DNA from: Callorhinchus milii
Taxonomy: Eukaryota
Direction: 5' to 3'
Assembly (NCBI RefSeq): GCF_018977255.1
Contig: NW_024704742.1
Span: forward strand, 61,506,001 to 61,570,000
Length of the DNA: 64,000 nt
Positions 12,520 to 24,929 of this stretch are shown one piece after another; positions within the stretch are counted from its first letter, which is position 1; each line of letters opens with the position of its first letter. A program made the position numbers and the translations under genes. The notes below the pieces were generated by a model that was not told the DNA's origin, ran no database searches, and saw nothing but the letters and a program-made list of their open reading frames with translations.

Positions 12520-13989
12520 GAGATGTCTCAAAGCGCTTCACATAATTTACTATAAAGCGAATTGACTGGGTATTTTGTGGGCACAACATGGTAGCCAATT
12601 GTTCACAGTAGTGTCCCACAAACAGTCCTGGATTGAGTGACTAACTTATTATTATTTTAATTTTTTTATTGTGAAGAAAGCAATCTGCCAATCAACTAAC
12701 AATCTACTCACTCCTAGATAAATAGAGGTGTGTGGAGTAAGTTTGCTTGCCTAAGGTTTTCACCCCACCCAGGTATTAAACCCAAATCCTCTCACTTGCG
12801 GAGTGTGTGCTCCAACCATGAGATGTGATGAGGCGCTATACCAAATGCAAGGATTATTGTTATTAAAACCACTAATCTGCAGGACTCTTAATACCTTTAC
12901 TTTGCAGATATAGGTCTATATATATATATATTTCAAGGATCACAATCAATTCTCAATTTACAACCATCTGGAGGGAGTGCATTCCACATTTTCAGAATCC
13001 GTTTTGTGAAGGAATATTTTCTGGTCTCACTTCCATTGTATTTATCAACTGGCAAATGGTATAGGTGTATCAGAGGGGAAGCACTTTATTTACATAAATC
13101 AATTCCAAGAAAAAAAAGCATTGGGGATTTTTTTCCAATTATTGGTAGCTATCCACACTTCAGCAAATGAGCACTTTATTCTCTATTGATCTGTAAATTA
13201 ACCAGGGATCACCGTCTACATTTCAGATGAAGTTTATTTTTTGCAGTTTTGCACAGTTTTACAAAGTTTCCTTCAGATTCTCTAATTATCTTCCTTTAGT
13301 TGATTTAAAACTGCTTGTATTGTTAAGAAATTAACAAAAAATCCAGTTCTTTTGAAAATATTTTGATTCAAAAACAACTTGCAAATTTCTGATTCAATAA
13401 TGATTCTTGCCTTGCAATTGATATAGCTCTTTTCATGTCAGAATGATGTCTCAAAGGGCTTCGCAGGATTTACTGTGAAGTGATTGTATTTTGTAGACAC
13501 ATGCTTAGATTTGCTTTTCCTAAAATATATGTTTTCAAATTATAAACTGGACAGGATTAAAAGGTGCACTAAAGGATTACTCAACAGATGCTTGATTCTT
13601 GAGAAAGAATATCAAAGATGATGGGGAGCAGGCAGCAGAGTGGGATTAGACTACATAGCTCATTTAATGGTTGGAAGAATCTTCCCTATAATGTATGTTA
13701 TGCTAATTGGCCTGCAATTTCAAGGCTAGTGCTTTAGTTTATAATATTGGAATAATATTTGCCAACCTCCACTATAGTTTATATAGCTCCTAAATGTTTT
13801 CATCATATTCAATCCATATTAACTCTATAGTATAACTGGAGCAGAAGCCACTTAAAGCATGATTTTTGCTGATATATTAGCTGACATGGAAATACCACAA
13901 AAACCTTTTTACATAGAAATTAACCAGTTGCATATTTTAACAACATTTCAGTCCATAAATCTAACAAGAGAGCATCATTTTCACAGCAC

Positions 13990-14065
13990 ATTTTTTATTG
14001 CATTATGTTAATCATGAAACATCGCTTTTTTTTATTGCATTTTGTTAGTCATTAAACATCGCATT
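13990..14065. repeat. ~37-bp tandem duplication
   Basis: TTTTTTATTGCATT(A/T)TGTTA(A/G)TCAT(G/T)AAACATCGC twice in tandem. Confidence 0.85.
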
Positions 14066-14377
14066 TTACAGAAATAATTATTACTTACTCATTTTATGTG
14101 AACAAATGTTGGGGGTGGGTGCGTGGTGAGAGGGGTGCTTCTCTGATTACGAAACTTCCCAACTCGGCCCTCCATAGGTTGCAGACCATACAGAACTCTG
14201 CAACTTCTATCCTATATTGCACCAGGCCCTGCGAGCCTGTCACTCTCATCCTCAACTGGCTTTATTGGCTGCCATCCCTCAGAGATTTGAGTTCAAGCTC
14301 CTAGTACTCACTTTTAAATCCACCCTCGGTCTTTCCCTACTTACCCCTGCAAAGTTCCTAAACCTTACTGGGTTTAT

Positions 14378-14534
14378 CCCATATCCTCCATGAAGCCCAC
14401 CACCTGCTCCCTGGACCCCATCCACACCGCTCTTCTTAAACCCCAGCTCCACCTCCTTCCCCCATTACTCACTGACATCATCAAGCTCTCTCTGTCATCT
14501 GGCACTGTTCCTAACCCTCTCAAAACAACCACTA
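14378..14534 (+). mobile_element. L2 subfamily B, 5' piece of a split copy
   Basis: MKPTTCSLDPIHTALLKPQLHLL..DIIKLSLSSGTVPNPLKT, matching 58336-58480. Confidence 0.85.
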
Positions 14535-14850
14535 TAATAATAATAATCCTTGCATTTGATATAGCACTTTTCATGTCTTCTCGACGTCTCAAAGCGCTTC
14601 ACAGAATATACTGTAAAGTGAATTGACTTTATACATGTGGGTGAAATGCGGCAGTCAGTTGTGCACAGCAGTGTCCCACAAACAGTTGTGGATTGAAAAT
14701 GACCACTTTATTATTGTTTTGTTTTGGAGGGATTATTATTAGGCTCTGTGTGGAGTAAGGAAACTTGCCCAAGGTTTCGCCCTGCCTGGAATTGAACTCA
14801 GCTCTCTCGCTTGCAAAGCGAGTGCTCTAACCACTGAGCTACAGGACTCC
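14534..14850 (-). mobile_element. Full-length young tRNA SINE (short form)
   Basis: Reverse-complement head GGAGTCCTGTAGCTCAGTGGTTAGAGCACTCGCTTTGCAAGCGAG..GAGTTCAATTCC; CCACTA repeated at 14529-34 and 14849-54. Confidence 0.92.
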
Positions 14851-14854
14851 ACTA

Positions 14855-16040
14855 CAACAACAACAACAACAACAAGATTCCATTTATAAAGAGCCTTTCA
14901 CGTCAGGAGGACGTCCCAAGGCGCTGCACAGTTGGGTCATGACCCGAGCAGGGGGTAAATGGTCAGGGGAGGGGAGGGAGCGAGGAGGGGGGAAATGGTC
15001 AGGGTGAGGGGAGGGATGGGAGGGAGCGAGGAGGGGGAAGAGAGTCGAGAGGGGAGCTGAAGGCTCGGTCAAAGAGAAAGGTTTTGAGACCGGCCTTGAA
15101 GGAGGAAAGGAAGGAGGCGGCGAAGGCACTGGGGGATAGAGTTCCAGAGTCTCGGGGCTGAGAGGCTGAAGGCCCGGCCACCGATGGTAGGGCGGTTGGG
15201 GCGGGGGACGTGGAGCAGACCAGAGCCAGAGGAACGGAGGGTACGGGCAGGTAGGTAGGGGGATAGTAGGTTGGAGAGGTAGGAGGGAGCAAGGCCGTGA
15301 ATGGCCTTGTAGGTGAGGATGAGGATCTTGAAATCAATCCTCTGGGGGATGGGGAGCCAGTGGAGGCAAGCGAGGGTGGGAGTGATGTGGTCCCGAAGCC
15401 TGGTGCGGGGCAGTACACGAGCTGCAGAGTTCTGAATGACCTGCAGCTTGTGGAGGGAGGTGGCGGGAAGGCCGGCGAGGAGAGAGTTCCCATAGTCCAG
15501 CCTTGAGGTGACAAAGGCGTGAACCAGGGTTTCAGCAGCGTGAGGGGTGAGGTAATGGCGTAGTCTGGCGATGTTCCGGACGTGATGGAAGGCGGTGCCA
15601 GTTGTGGTGCGGATGTGAGGGAGAAAGGACAGCTCAGGGTCGAACAAAACGCCGAGGTTCCTGACCGGCTTTGAGAGGTGGAGAGTGCAGCCTTGGATGC
15701 TGATGGTGTCGGGGCCTGAGGTGCGGAGGCGCTGACGCGAACCAATCAGGAGGGCCTCGGTTTTTCGCACGTTGAGCTGAAGAAAGTTGTCTCTCGTCCA
15801 GGACTCGATGTCGGACAGGCAGCTGTCAGGACATCGGTGGTCGTGGAGTTGAGAGTAGAGGAGGAAAGGTAGAGTTGGGTGTCATCCGCATACATGTGGA
15901 AGTTAACTCCATGTCTGCGGATGATGTCACCGAGGGGGAGCATATAGAGGGTGAAGAGGAGGGGACCGAGGACAGAGCCCTGAGGGACTCCACATGAGAC
16001 AGTACGGGGGGTGGAGGAGAAGCCATTCGTCGAGACAAAG
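14855..16040 (-). mobile_element. Young L2 subfamily A, 5'-truncated, frameshifted RT
   Basis: [25 protein letters not shown] motifs, pyrimidine-rich 3' UTR, (TTG)n tail; near-identical to 23381-24900. Confidence 0.95.
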
Positions 16041-16480
16041 AGGATCGAGTTCAAGATCCTCGTCCTCACTTTCAAGGCCATTCATGGCTTTGCCCCCTCC
16101 TACCTCTCTGACCTGCTGACTCCCTACCAACCTGCCTGCTGCCTCCGTTCAGCGGGCTCCAGCCTGCTCCATGTCTCCCACCCGACCCGTCCTACCATCG
16201 GTGGCCGGGCTTTCAGCCTCTCTGCCCCCACACTCTGGAACTCCATCCCATGGTCCCTTAGCCTCACTTCCTCCCTCGCATACTTCAAGGCTGATCTCAA
16301 GACCCTTCTCTTCAATCGTGCCTTTGGTAACCCTCCCACCTCTCTGCCTTCCCTCACCCCTACACCATCCCTCCCCCATACTTGGGCCTCGACACCTGAC
16401 TGTTCAGCGCTTTGGGACGTCCTCCCGATGTGAAAGGCGCTCTATAAATGTAATTTTGTTTTTGCTGTTTTGTTGTTGTT
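16039..16480 (+). mobile_element. L2 subfamily B, 3' piece of the split copy
   Basis: [35 protein letters not shown], 3' UTR and TTG-type tail; matches 59530-59850 plus 61388-61489. Confidence 0.9.
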
Positions 16481-16578
16481 ACTGATCTGCCCATTCCCCC
16501 AGCTCAGCAGGTGTTGGTCTGCTTCATGTCTTGCATCCTGCCCGCCCCATCATCAGCAGTTGAGCTTTCAAACTTTCT

Positions 16579-16908
16579 ATAATAATAATAATATTAATAA
16601 TCCTTGCATTTGATATAGCGCTTTTCACGTCAGGAGGACGTCCCAAAGCACTTCACAGAACACACTGTAAAGTGAATTGACTGTATATTTGTGGGCGAAC
16701 GCGGCAGCCAATTGCGCACAGCAATGTCACACAAACAGTCGTAGATTGAAAATGACTAATTTAATTATTGTTTTGGGTTTTTTGGAGGGATTATTATTAG
16801 GCTCTGTGTGGAGTAAGGAAACTTGCCCAAGGTTTCGCCCTCTGCCTGGAATTGAACACAGGTCTCTCACTTGCAAAGCGAGTGCTCTAACCACTGAGCT
16901 ACAGGACT
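16579..16908 (-). mobile_element. Full-length young tRNA SINE (short form, L2A-type tail loop)
   Basis: Near-identical to 24350-24680; tail ACGTC-CTCCT-GACGT. Confidence 0.92.
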
Positions 16909-18704
16909 GCCAACATTCTCTGGAACTCTATACTTGAGTCCCTTCACCTAGCCCCCTTCTGTTGTCTCCTTCAAGGACTGAAACAAGACCTTCTTCTTTG
17001 ATCATGCCTTTGGTTATCATACCCCCCACTGAACTTCACCCCTCTTTGGCCCCCACTCCTCCCAATTCCATCTCCCAGCCTGGGAGTAAACTATCCTTGC
17101 ATCTTGGAGTGTCCTCCCAATGGGAAAGGCGCTATATAAATGCATTTTGTTGCTGCTGTTGTTGTTGGATGGGTGTGACCTTCAGAGAATTCCCAGCAGA
17201 AGTTATAGAATAGGACATGAGTTATTTTTTTCTGGTGACCAGTTAACAGGACCATTAACATTTACCTCAGCAAAGCTTTCAAAGGGAATTCCTATTATAT
17301 CAGTACAAAAGTATCACTAGCATTTGTGATCAGCACATGGTAGAATCTATTATGTGCAGATTTGGTGTCATTGTTCATAATTTATTAATACTTAATATTC
17401 TGTAATGAAGCTTTTTAATGAACTAGTTAGCAGTGTATGTTGGACAGGATTTGCAGTAACTATGAATTATGCTTGATGTAAGCCTCACAATTGTCTTCAA
17501 ATCCCATAATGCCCTGGCACCTTAATACCTTGTCAACCTGCTTAGTCCCCATCCAACTCCCAGCCGCTTTCACTCGACTGGCTCCGGCCTTCTGCATGTC
17601 CCTTGTTCCTCATCAGTGGCTGCCCTTTTAGCCACTACACCCCAAAAATCTGGAATACTCTTCCTCTATCCCTCTGCCTTGTCCCCTCCTTCCCCATCTT
17701 TGCCCACAAAATACACAGTCAATTCACTTTACAGCATATTCTGTGAAGGGCTTTGAGATGTCTCAAAAACCTCATAAGGCGCTATATCAAATGCAAGCAT
17801 TATTATTATTATATATCTTCAGGTCACGCATGAAGACCTCCCTCTTCGACAGTGCCTATGGTCACCTCCCCTCCCTCAGCATCATGCTCCGCCACTATCA
17901 AGCGCTACCCTGTATGAGGGGCACTATATGAATGCAAGTTGTTGTTGTACGTGACGCCTTTCTTGTTACCGACAACCTTCTTGATGCAGTCAGGTCTGTC
18001 CCATTACTGACTGCTTGATGTGTCCTCAGTCCCATTCATGATAAAGAGTGAAAGTTTAGGGAACGCCAAGGAAAGACCAGACTATCCCAGCCTCCCTCCA
18101 ATTCTAAAAGTGATAATAAGCCATGTTCGATCGCAGGGAGACAGGGATAACCCAGCCTGTCAGAAGTAATCCCTGAATCTATTTATCATTGCAGGGGTGA
18201 GATGACAAGGCAGCAAAATATTTAATACACAGGCACATCAGGCAACCAGGAGAAAAAAAGAGAAGTGACCTCTCAAGCAGGCAAGTGCCTCAGGGACTCC
18301 GTGTCTGCAGTGTTATCTCAATGTCAGGGGCATTTACACACCTGTTAAGATCAAGTCCTGTATTCAAATACAGCATCTCATGTTAATTACACCCCTCATT
18401 GGTTTTGATTGTCCCACATTGAGCTTGCCAGAAATCCTTTGAAGCTATTCCAATAGGTGACTGCAACAATATTTTAAATTGTTGTCAAACTGACTCAGTT
18501 GATAGCACTCTTGCTTCTGAACCAGAAGGTCATGGATTCAAGCCCAAGTCAGGATTCTGAACTTACAAAGGCTCTGTGGCTGGGGCTGACACTCCAATAT
18601 GGTAATGGGGATGCACTACATTGTTCGAGGTGCCACCCTTCGGTTGAGGCGAGGTGCCATCTGCTTGTTCAGGTAAATGTTGAAGGCCTTTTTTTCCCTC
18701 TGTG

Positions 18705-19156
18705 AAATGCAATACACACACTCTATCTGGAGGGATGCATCCTGCTTACCTTATTCCTGGAAGTATTATACACAGATTGGCAAGAGCCAAGATTTCTGGA
18801 TCCCAGAGTGTGGGTTGGAGTACTGTTGCAGTTAAATCAATTAAATCTGCATAACTTGCCATTGAGAACTTCCTGCTGCTTGTCCAGCTAGAACCACCCA
18901 ACCTGTTTGGGCTTTGGCTTGCAGGATTAAGAGGAGCTGAGTGGGAGGATTCGCTGCCCCCAGAGTCCAGCCGATGATCTACCAGCCGGGAATATTAGTC
19001 ATCAATAGACCCCTGGAATACTGTGGACCCATCTGCCTCAGGAACCAGACTACCAAGATCACCACCGAGGGTTGACTCAATTCCTACATTCCATTGTCAA
19101 AGTATATTATCTAGGAGCCAGAACAGCTTCAAGGAGACCGTGCTTACCTCCCCCCA
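18705..19156 (-). mobile_element. Family X retroposon
   Basis: GAGGGATGCATCCTGCTTACC..TTGGCAAGAGCCAAG..GGAGCTGAGTGGGAGGA..GGAACCAGACTACCAAGA..GCTTACCTCCCCCC. Confidence 0.7.
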
Positions 19157-21284
19157 AAGCAGTTCACCCAGTTGAAAGAAGAGGAACAGGACTGGGAAGG
19201 AGCAAATCCAGGTTCAATCGAAATTTACTGTAACCGAGAAAGGGGCGACTGTGGTCATTCAATAGAGATAACGCAAACAACTGTAAAACTTGTGACATTA
19301 ACATTGAAAGGAAAGCATTTATTTTTATCCAGTAATAGGGCTCGGTGCAATGATGTGCCATTTTACAAAAATAATCCTTTGATTTGATGCAGTGCCTTAA
19401 GATTGAAACATATCAACGCACCACACAGAGCTTTACTCAGAGTGTGGTGATAAAACAACTGCTGATTATGGTGGATGAGGCGCTCTCATTATTTTTTGGA
19501 GATAACAAGCTGAAAATATAATGGTTCTGAAATAACATTTGAACATCTGCAATAAATTAGCAGCTTTCAGTTCCCCATTTGAGGTGATATGAAGAAATCT
19601 TTAAAATATAACTGTGGCTATTAAGACAACTATTCATTTCAACATTCTCTTATCAGCAAAATTGCTGCAAAAAATACTTAATTACCTGTGTGCCAGATTA
19701 GTTCAAATAGCTGTTCATGTAAAGGTGGTCTGGTGTTCACATTAATTGGCTGGTGATGTTGTGAAAAATTTGAAGATTAAATTGCAAATAAGTAAATGGC
19801 TAGAGGAGGTCAATAAAATGTATAGGATGCATGCAATTGCAAACGTTATGTTCAAGGGTGATGGATAAAGGAAGATCAAGTTGACTGAACAAAGATGTTG
19901 AAATCAGGCCTTAATGTTCAGAGAAAGGCTGCAATGAGATCACAGGGCTCATGAATAGTACTGCATAGTGAATTCACAGAATATTACAAAATTCAGATGG
20001 CAGAATTGATACTAAGAGAGTTTACAGCAAAGATAATTCTTTTTAGGCAGTTATTACTGTAGTATTGTTTGACCGGAAAAAGTTTGTTCTCAATTGAAGA
20101 AGACAGGATCAATAATGTGCTTCACAATTTGAACTGCCTGTACTGGTATTGTAGGCAGTACTAGACATGTTGTGTGTTAGGCTGGCTCAGTGATAGCACT
20201 CTCATCTCTGAGTCAGAAGGTTGTGGGTTCAAGACCCACATCAGGACTTGGAATCACATTGTCTAAGATGACATATCAATGCATTGGCATTGCCTTCCCC
20301 ACTTTCAAACCCTGCCTCAAGATTTAACTTTTCCCATACGCTTTCAGTCACCTTTCTTGGCCCCCTCATCCTCTTCAGCTTCCACCCATCCCTTTCAGCT
20401 CATGTGTCCAGCCAACTCTGTGAAACCCATTGAGACAACATCAACAAAATTACATTTGGGAGGACGTCCCAAGGCTCTGGACAATCAGTGTTTTGGACCC
20501 AAGCTGAGGGTTGGGATCAGGGAGGGTGGAGGGCAGGGGGAAGGAGGGTGACCGAAGGCATGGTCAAAGTGGAGGATCTTGAGGCATCCTTCAGATGTGA
20601 AAAGGTCTTCATAAATGTAAATGGTATTGTATTTTTCCAACAATATAAAACCTGTGCTACGTTATCCCATAACTCACTGGATAAAACGTTCAGTTTCTGG
20701 AGTGTAAAGCAACATGTTAAGCTTTGTTATTCTGTTATCATGAAGCTATTCAAATTGAGGGCAACTTGACTTGTTGTAGTTACAACAAATGCACTTATTC
20801 CTCCATGCATCATTTTCAATGTGACCATTTGCTGATATAACACTGTACAATGCGCAAAGAATATATAGGAAAAACTCAACAGTAATAATACAGGGTGCCT
20901 CTATACAATACGATATAAAATTACATTTGTATAGCGCCTTACATGTCGGGAGGACATCCCAAGGCATTGGACAGTTAGACATTTGGGCCCTGAACATGAA
21001 TATGACAGGAACACTCCATTTATTTTTTGCAGATTCTGTCAGATATTAAAAACACAACCAAAGTAATAATTATCCTTGCATTTGACATAGCATCTTACAA
21101 AGCAATGTGCCACAAACAATCATGGTGTGAGTGACCAATTTTATTTGGGAGTTTGTTAGCGAGGGGACCGGGAGAAACTCCCTTCTCTTTTCAAACAGTG
21201 CGAAGGGATCTTTAATGTCCATTTGGATAAGCAGATAGTGCCTCGATTTAAACATGTCATCCAAAGGACCAAACCTCTGAATAT

Positions 21285-21678
21285 AATAATAATAAATAAT
21301 AATTCTTGAATTTGATATAGCACCTTATCACATCTTCGAGACATCTCAAAGTGCTTCATAGAATATACTCTAAAGTGAATTGACTGTATATTTTGTGAGT
21401 GAAATGCAGCAGCCAATTGCGCACAGCAGTCTCCAACAAACAGTTGTGGATTGAGTGACCAAATAATTGTTATTTATTTATCTATTTATTTTTGAAGTGA
21501 TTATTACCCCCGGAAAAGCAATCTGCCAATCGATTAACAATCGGGTTTCTACTTACTGCTAGATAAACAGAGGTGTGTGGAGCAAGGAAACTTGTCCAAC
21601 AATTTGCCCTGTCGGGAATCAAACCCAGGTCTCTCGCTTGCGAGGCGAGTGCTCAAACCACTGAGCTAGAGGGCTCCA
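21285..21678 (-). mobile_element. Full-length tRNA SINE, long form
   Basis: Same head and tail plus extra central block CCTCTGTTTATCTAGCAGTAAGTAG..TTGTTAATCGATTGGCAGATTGCTTTTCCGGGG. Confidence 0.88.
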
Positions 21679-22179
21679 CATTCATATACAAGGAACATAA
21701 TTATTAAAAGTAGCAGAATAGCAATGGATGAAACACAAAATGTGGGAACAACAATGCAAGACAACTTAAAGAATGGCAAATGAAGGAAAACAATATAACT
21801 GTGGCAATAAATCAAAATGAATGAACAAAGAAGATGTCTACTTTATCCCACAGCAGAATATTTTCTTTAACCAGAGCTTGCCTGTGTGCTTTAAATGGCT
21901 GTTCTGAATCTTCCTCTTTGTATTTTCTTTTATCTTGATACATAAGGTAACAATTTTGACATGTGATGTGACAATTATTATTGTCGCCCCATTTTGGTCC
22001 AGCATCAAGGTTCCTCAACAATAATAATGGCTCTGAAATCTTCAAGCACAACCACTGTGCTGAAGCAACACCTCACATCTACCTAGTGCTTTCATGGAGG
22101 ATAATGTCATGGAGCACTTCATAAAATGAGGTCGGATGTTGAACAAGGTTATGTGTGAAGGTTTAGTTGTGGAAGGGCA

Positions 22180-22267
22180 GGAGGAGGCTCATGTGGAGTA
22201 CAAACACCAGCATGGACCAGTTAGGCCGAATGGCCTGTTTCTGTGCTGTGTATTTTAATGTATTCTA
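22180..22267 (+). mobile_element. CR1 3' end
   Basis: AAACACCAGCATGGACCAGTTAGGCCGAATGGCCTGTTTCTGTGCTG..TATTCTA, a typical CR1 terminal hairpin and tail. Confidence 0.75.
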
Positions 22268-22942
22268 AAGGAGGAGGAGGAAATAAGGAGGTGGCCGTAG
22301 ATGACGTCAAAGACAATACAATGTACATTTATAAAGCGTCTTTTATGTCAGGAGGACAAGTGCATCCCAAGGCACTGGACAGTTTAAGGTTTCTACCCGA
22401 GCTGGGGATGGGGGCTGAGGGGATGGGGAGCAAGGGGGAAAAGAGATTATAATCAAAGCATTAATCATCTAAATTCTGCTCAGCTAGTTCCAATACTTCT
22501 GGGAAGTCCGAGAAGCTAAGTCAGCCTGGAATGAGAAAAGGCCTTTTAGCCTGTTGACCCTTAGGCTGTCAGCTGCTTCACAGAAATGGTTGTCTCTGTA
22601 GGCTGACTGTTTTGGTATGTTTTCATCCCACGCATTGTAATGCTGAAAAACGAACTAGAATGACTATAATGCAACTACTCGTATGCTGTAACAGCTTCAT
22701 TACTGTAATATAATTCCACAGAATGTTACAGCACAGAAGGAAGCTGTTCAGCTCTGAAAGGGCTATCCATTCAGTGCTTTTCCCCTACCCTTTCGTCTAC
22801 TCTTTTTATATTTTGTAACCCACAAAATATATAGTTAATCCTCTTTACAATATATTCTGTGAACTGCTTTGAGACGTCTCAACAATGTGATAAGACGTTA
22901 TAGCAAATGTAAGGATTATTATTATTTCAAATATTTGTTCAG

Positions 22943-24900
22943 TTCTCTGTCCCTCTCCTCTGGCTCTGTCCCCATTCCCTTAAAAACTGCCATCATCACG
23001 CCCACCCTGAAAAAACCCTCCCTTGATGCGTCGCAGCTATCAAGCTACCGGCCCATCTCCAACCTCCCCTTTCTCTCCAAGGTCCTGGAAAGAGTTGTCG
23101 CCTCCCAACTGCGCTCTTTCCTTTCCACCCATTCACTTTTCGAACCCCTTCAGTCAGGTTTCCGTGCTGCCCATAGCACAGAAACTGCCCTGGTCAAGGT
23201 CACCAATGATATCCTGACCATCTGTGACCAGGGCTCCCTCTGCCTCCTCGTCCTCCTCGACCTATCGGCAGCATTCGATACGGTCGACCACGCTATCCTA
23301 CTCCACCGCTTGTCCTCCCACCTCAACCTTCAAGGCACTGTCCTTGAATGGTTTAGGTCGTACCTTTCTCACCGTCTTCACTTTGTCTCGACGAATGGCT
23401 TCTCCTCCACCCCCCGTACTGTCTCATGTGGTGTCCCTCAGGGCTCTGTCCTCGGTCCCCTCCTCTTCACCCTCTATATGCTCCCCCTTGGTGACATCAT
23501 CCGCAGACATGGAGTTAACTTCCACATGTATGCGGATGACACCCAACTCTACCTTTCCTCCTCTACTCTCAACTCCACGACCACCGATGTCCTGACAGCT
23601 GCCTGTCCGACATCGAGTCCTGGACGAGAGACAACTTTCTTCAGCTCAACGTGCGAAAAACCGAGGCCCTCCTGATTGGCTCACGTCAGCGCCTCCGCAC
23701 CTCAGGCGCTGACACCATCAGCATCCAAGGCTGCACTCTCCACCTCTCAAAGCCAGTCAGGAACCTCGGCGTTTTGTTCGACCCTGAGCTGTCCTTTCTC
23801 CCTCACATCCGCACCACAACTGGCACCGCCTTCCATCACCTCCGGAACATCGCCAGACTACGGCACTACCTCACCCCTCACGCTGCTGAAACCCTGGTCC
23901 ACGCCTTTGTCACCTCAAGGCTGGACTATGGGAACTCTCTCCTCGCCGGCCTTCCCGCCACCTCCCTCCACAAGCTGCAGGTCATTCAGAACTCTGCAGC
24001 TCGTGTACTGTCCCGCACCAGGCTTCGGGACCACATCACTCCCACCCTCGCTCGCCTCCACTGGCTCCCCATCCCCCAGAGGATTGATTTCAAGATCCTC
24101 ATCCTCACCTACAAGGCCATTCACGGCCTTGCTCCCTCCTACCTCTCCAACCTACTATCCCCCTACCTACCTGCCCGTACCCTCCGTTCCTCTGGCTCCG
24201 GTCTGCTCCACGTCCCCCGCCCCAACCGCCCTACCATCGGTGGTCGGGCCTTCAGCCTCTCAGCCCCGAGGCTCTGGAACTCTATCCCCCAGTGCCTTCG
24301 CCGCCTCCTCCCTTTCCTCTTTCAAGGCCGGTCTCAAAACCTTTCTCTTTATAATAATAATAATAATAATAATCCTTACATTTGATATAGCGCTTTTCAC
24401 GTCAGGAGGACGTCCCAAAGCGCTTCACAGAACACACTGTAAAGTGAATTGACTGTATATTTGTGGGCGAACGCGGCAGCCAATTGCGCACAGCAATGTC
24501 CCACAAACAGTCGTAGATTGAAAATGACCAATTTAATTATTGTTTTGGGTTTTTTGGAGGGATTATTATTAGGCGTGTGGAGTAAGGAAACTTGCCCAAG
24601 GTTTCGCCCTGACCTGCCTGGGATTGAACTCAGGTCTCTCACTTGCAAAGCGAGTGCTCTAACCACTGAGCTACAGGACTCAGGACTTTGACCGCGCCTT
24701 CAGCTCCCCTCTCGACTCTCTTCCCCCTCCTCGCTCCCTCCCTTCCCTCCCCTCACCCTGACCATTTCCCCCCTCCTCGCTCCCTCCCTTCCCTCCCCTC
24801 ACCCTGACCCTGCTCAGGTCATGACCCAACTGTGCAGCGCCTTGGGACGTCCTCCTGACGTGAAAGGCGCTTTATAAATGGAATCTTGTTGTTGTTGTTA
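22943..24900 (+). mobile_element. Young L2 subfamily A, 5'-truncated, interrupted by a SINE
   Basis: [58 protein letters not shown] motifs; frameshifts at ~23598 and ~24301; duplicated ~45-bp unit in the 3' UTR; (TTG)n tail. Confidence 0.95.
24350..24685 (-). mobile_element. Full-length young tRNA SINE inserted in L2A
   Basis: Splits L2 at CTCTTT|GACCG; long (AAT)n tail; tRNA head. Confidence 0.93.
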
Positions 24901-24929
24901 AAAACGACATCACTGATTTTGGCAAGGTG

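Noticed and set aside
14775..14850. tRNA-Ala gene (and similar heads elsewhere)
   Set aside because: Continues directly into a SINE body with no proper acceptor stem or terminator; these are SINE heads.
14950..15040. G-quadruplex/triplex-prone purine tract
   Set aside because: Fully explained as the reverse complement of the L2A 3' UTR.
22869..24452. Long ORFs (268, 244 and 258 aa) as functional genes
   Set aside because: 5'-truncated, frameshifted L2 ORF2 pieces or their shadow frames; the starts come from flanking repeats.
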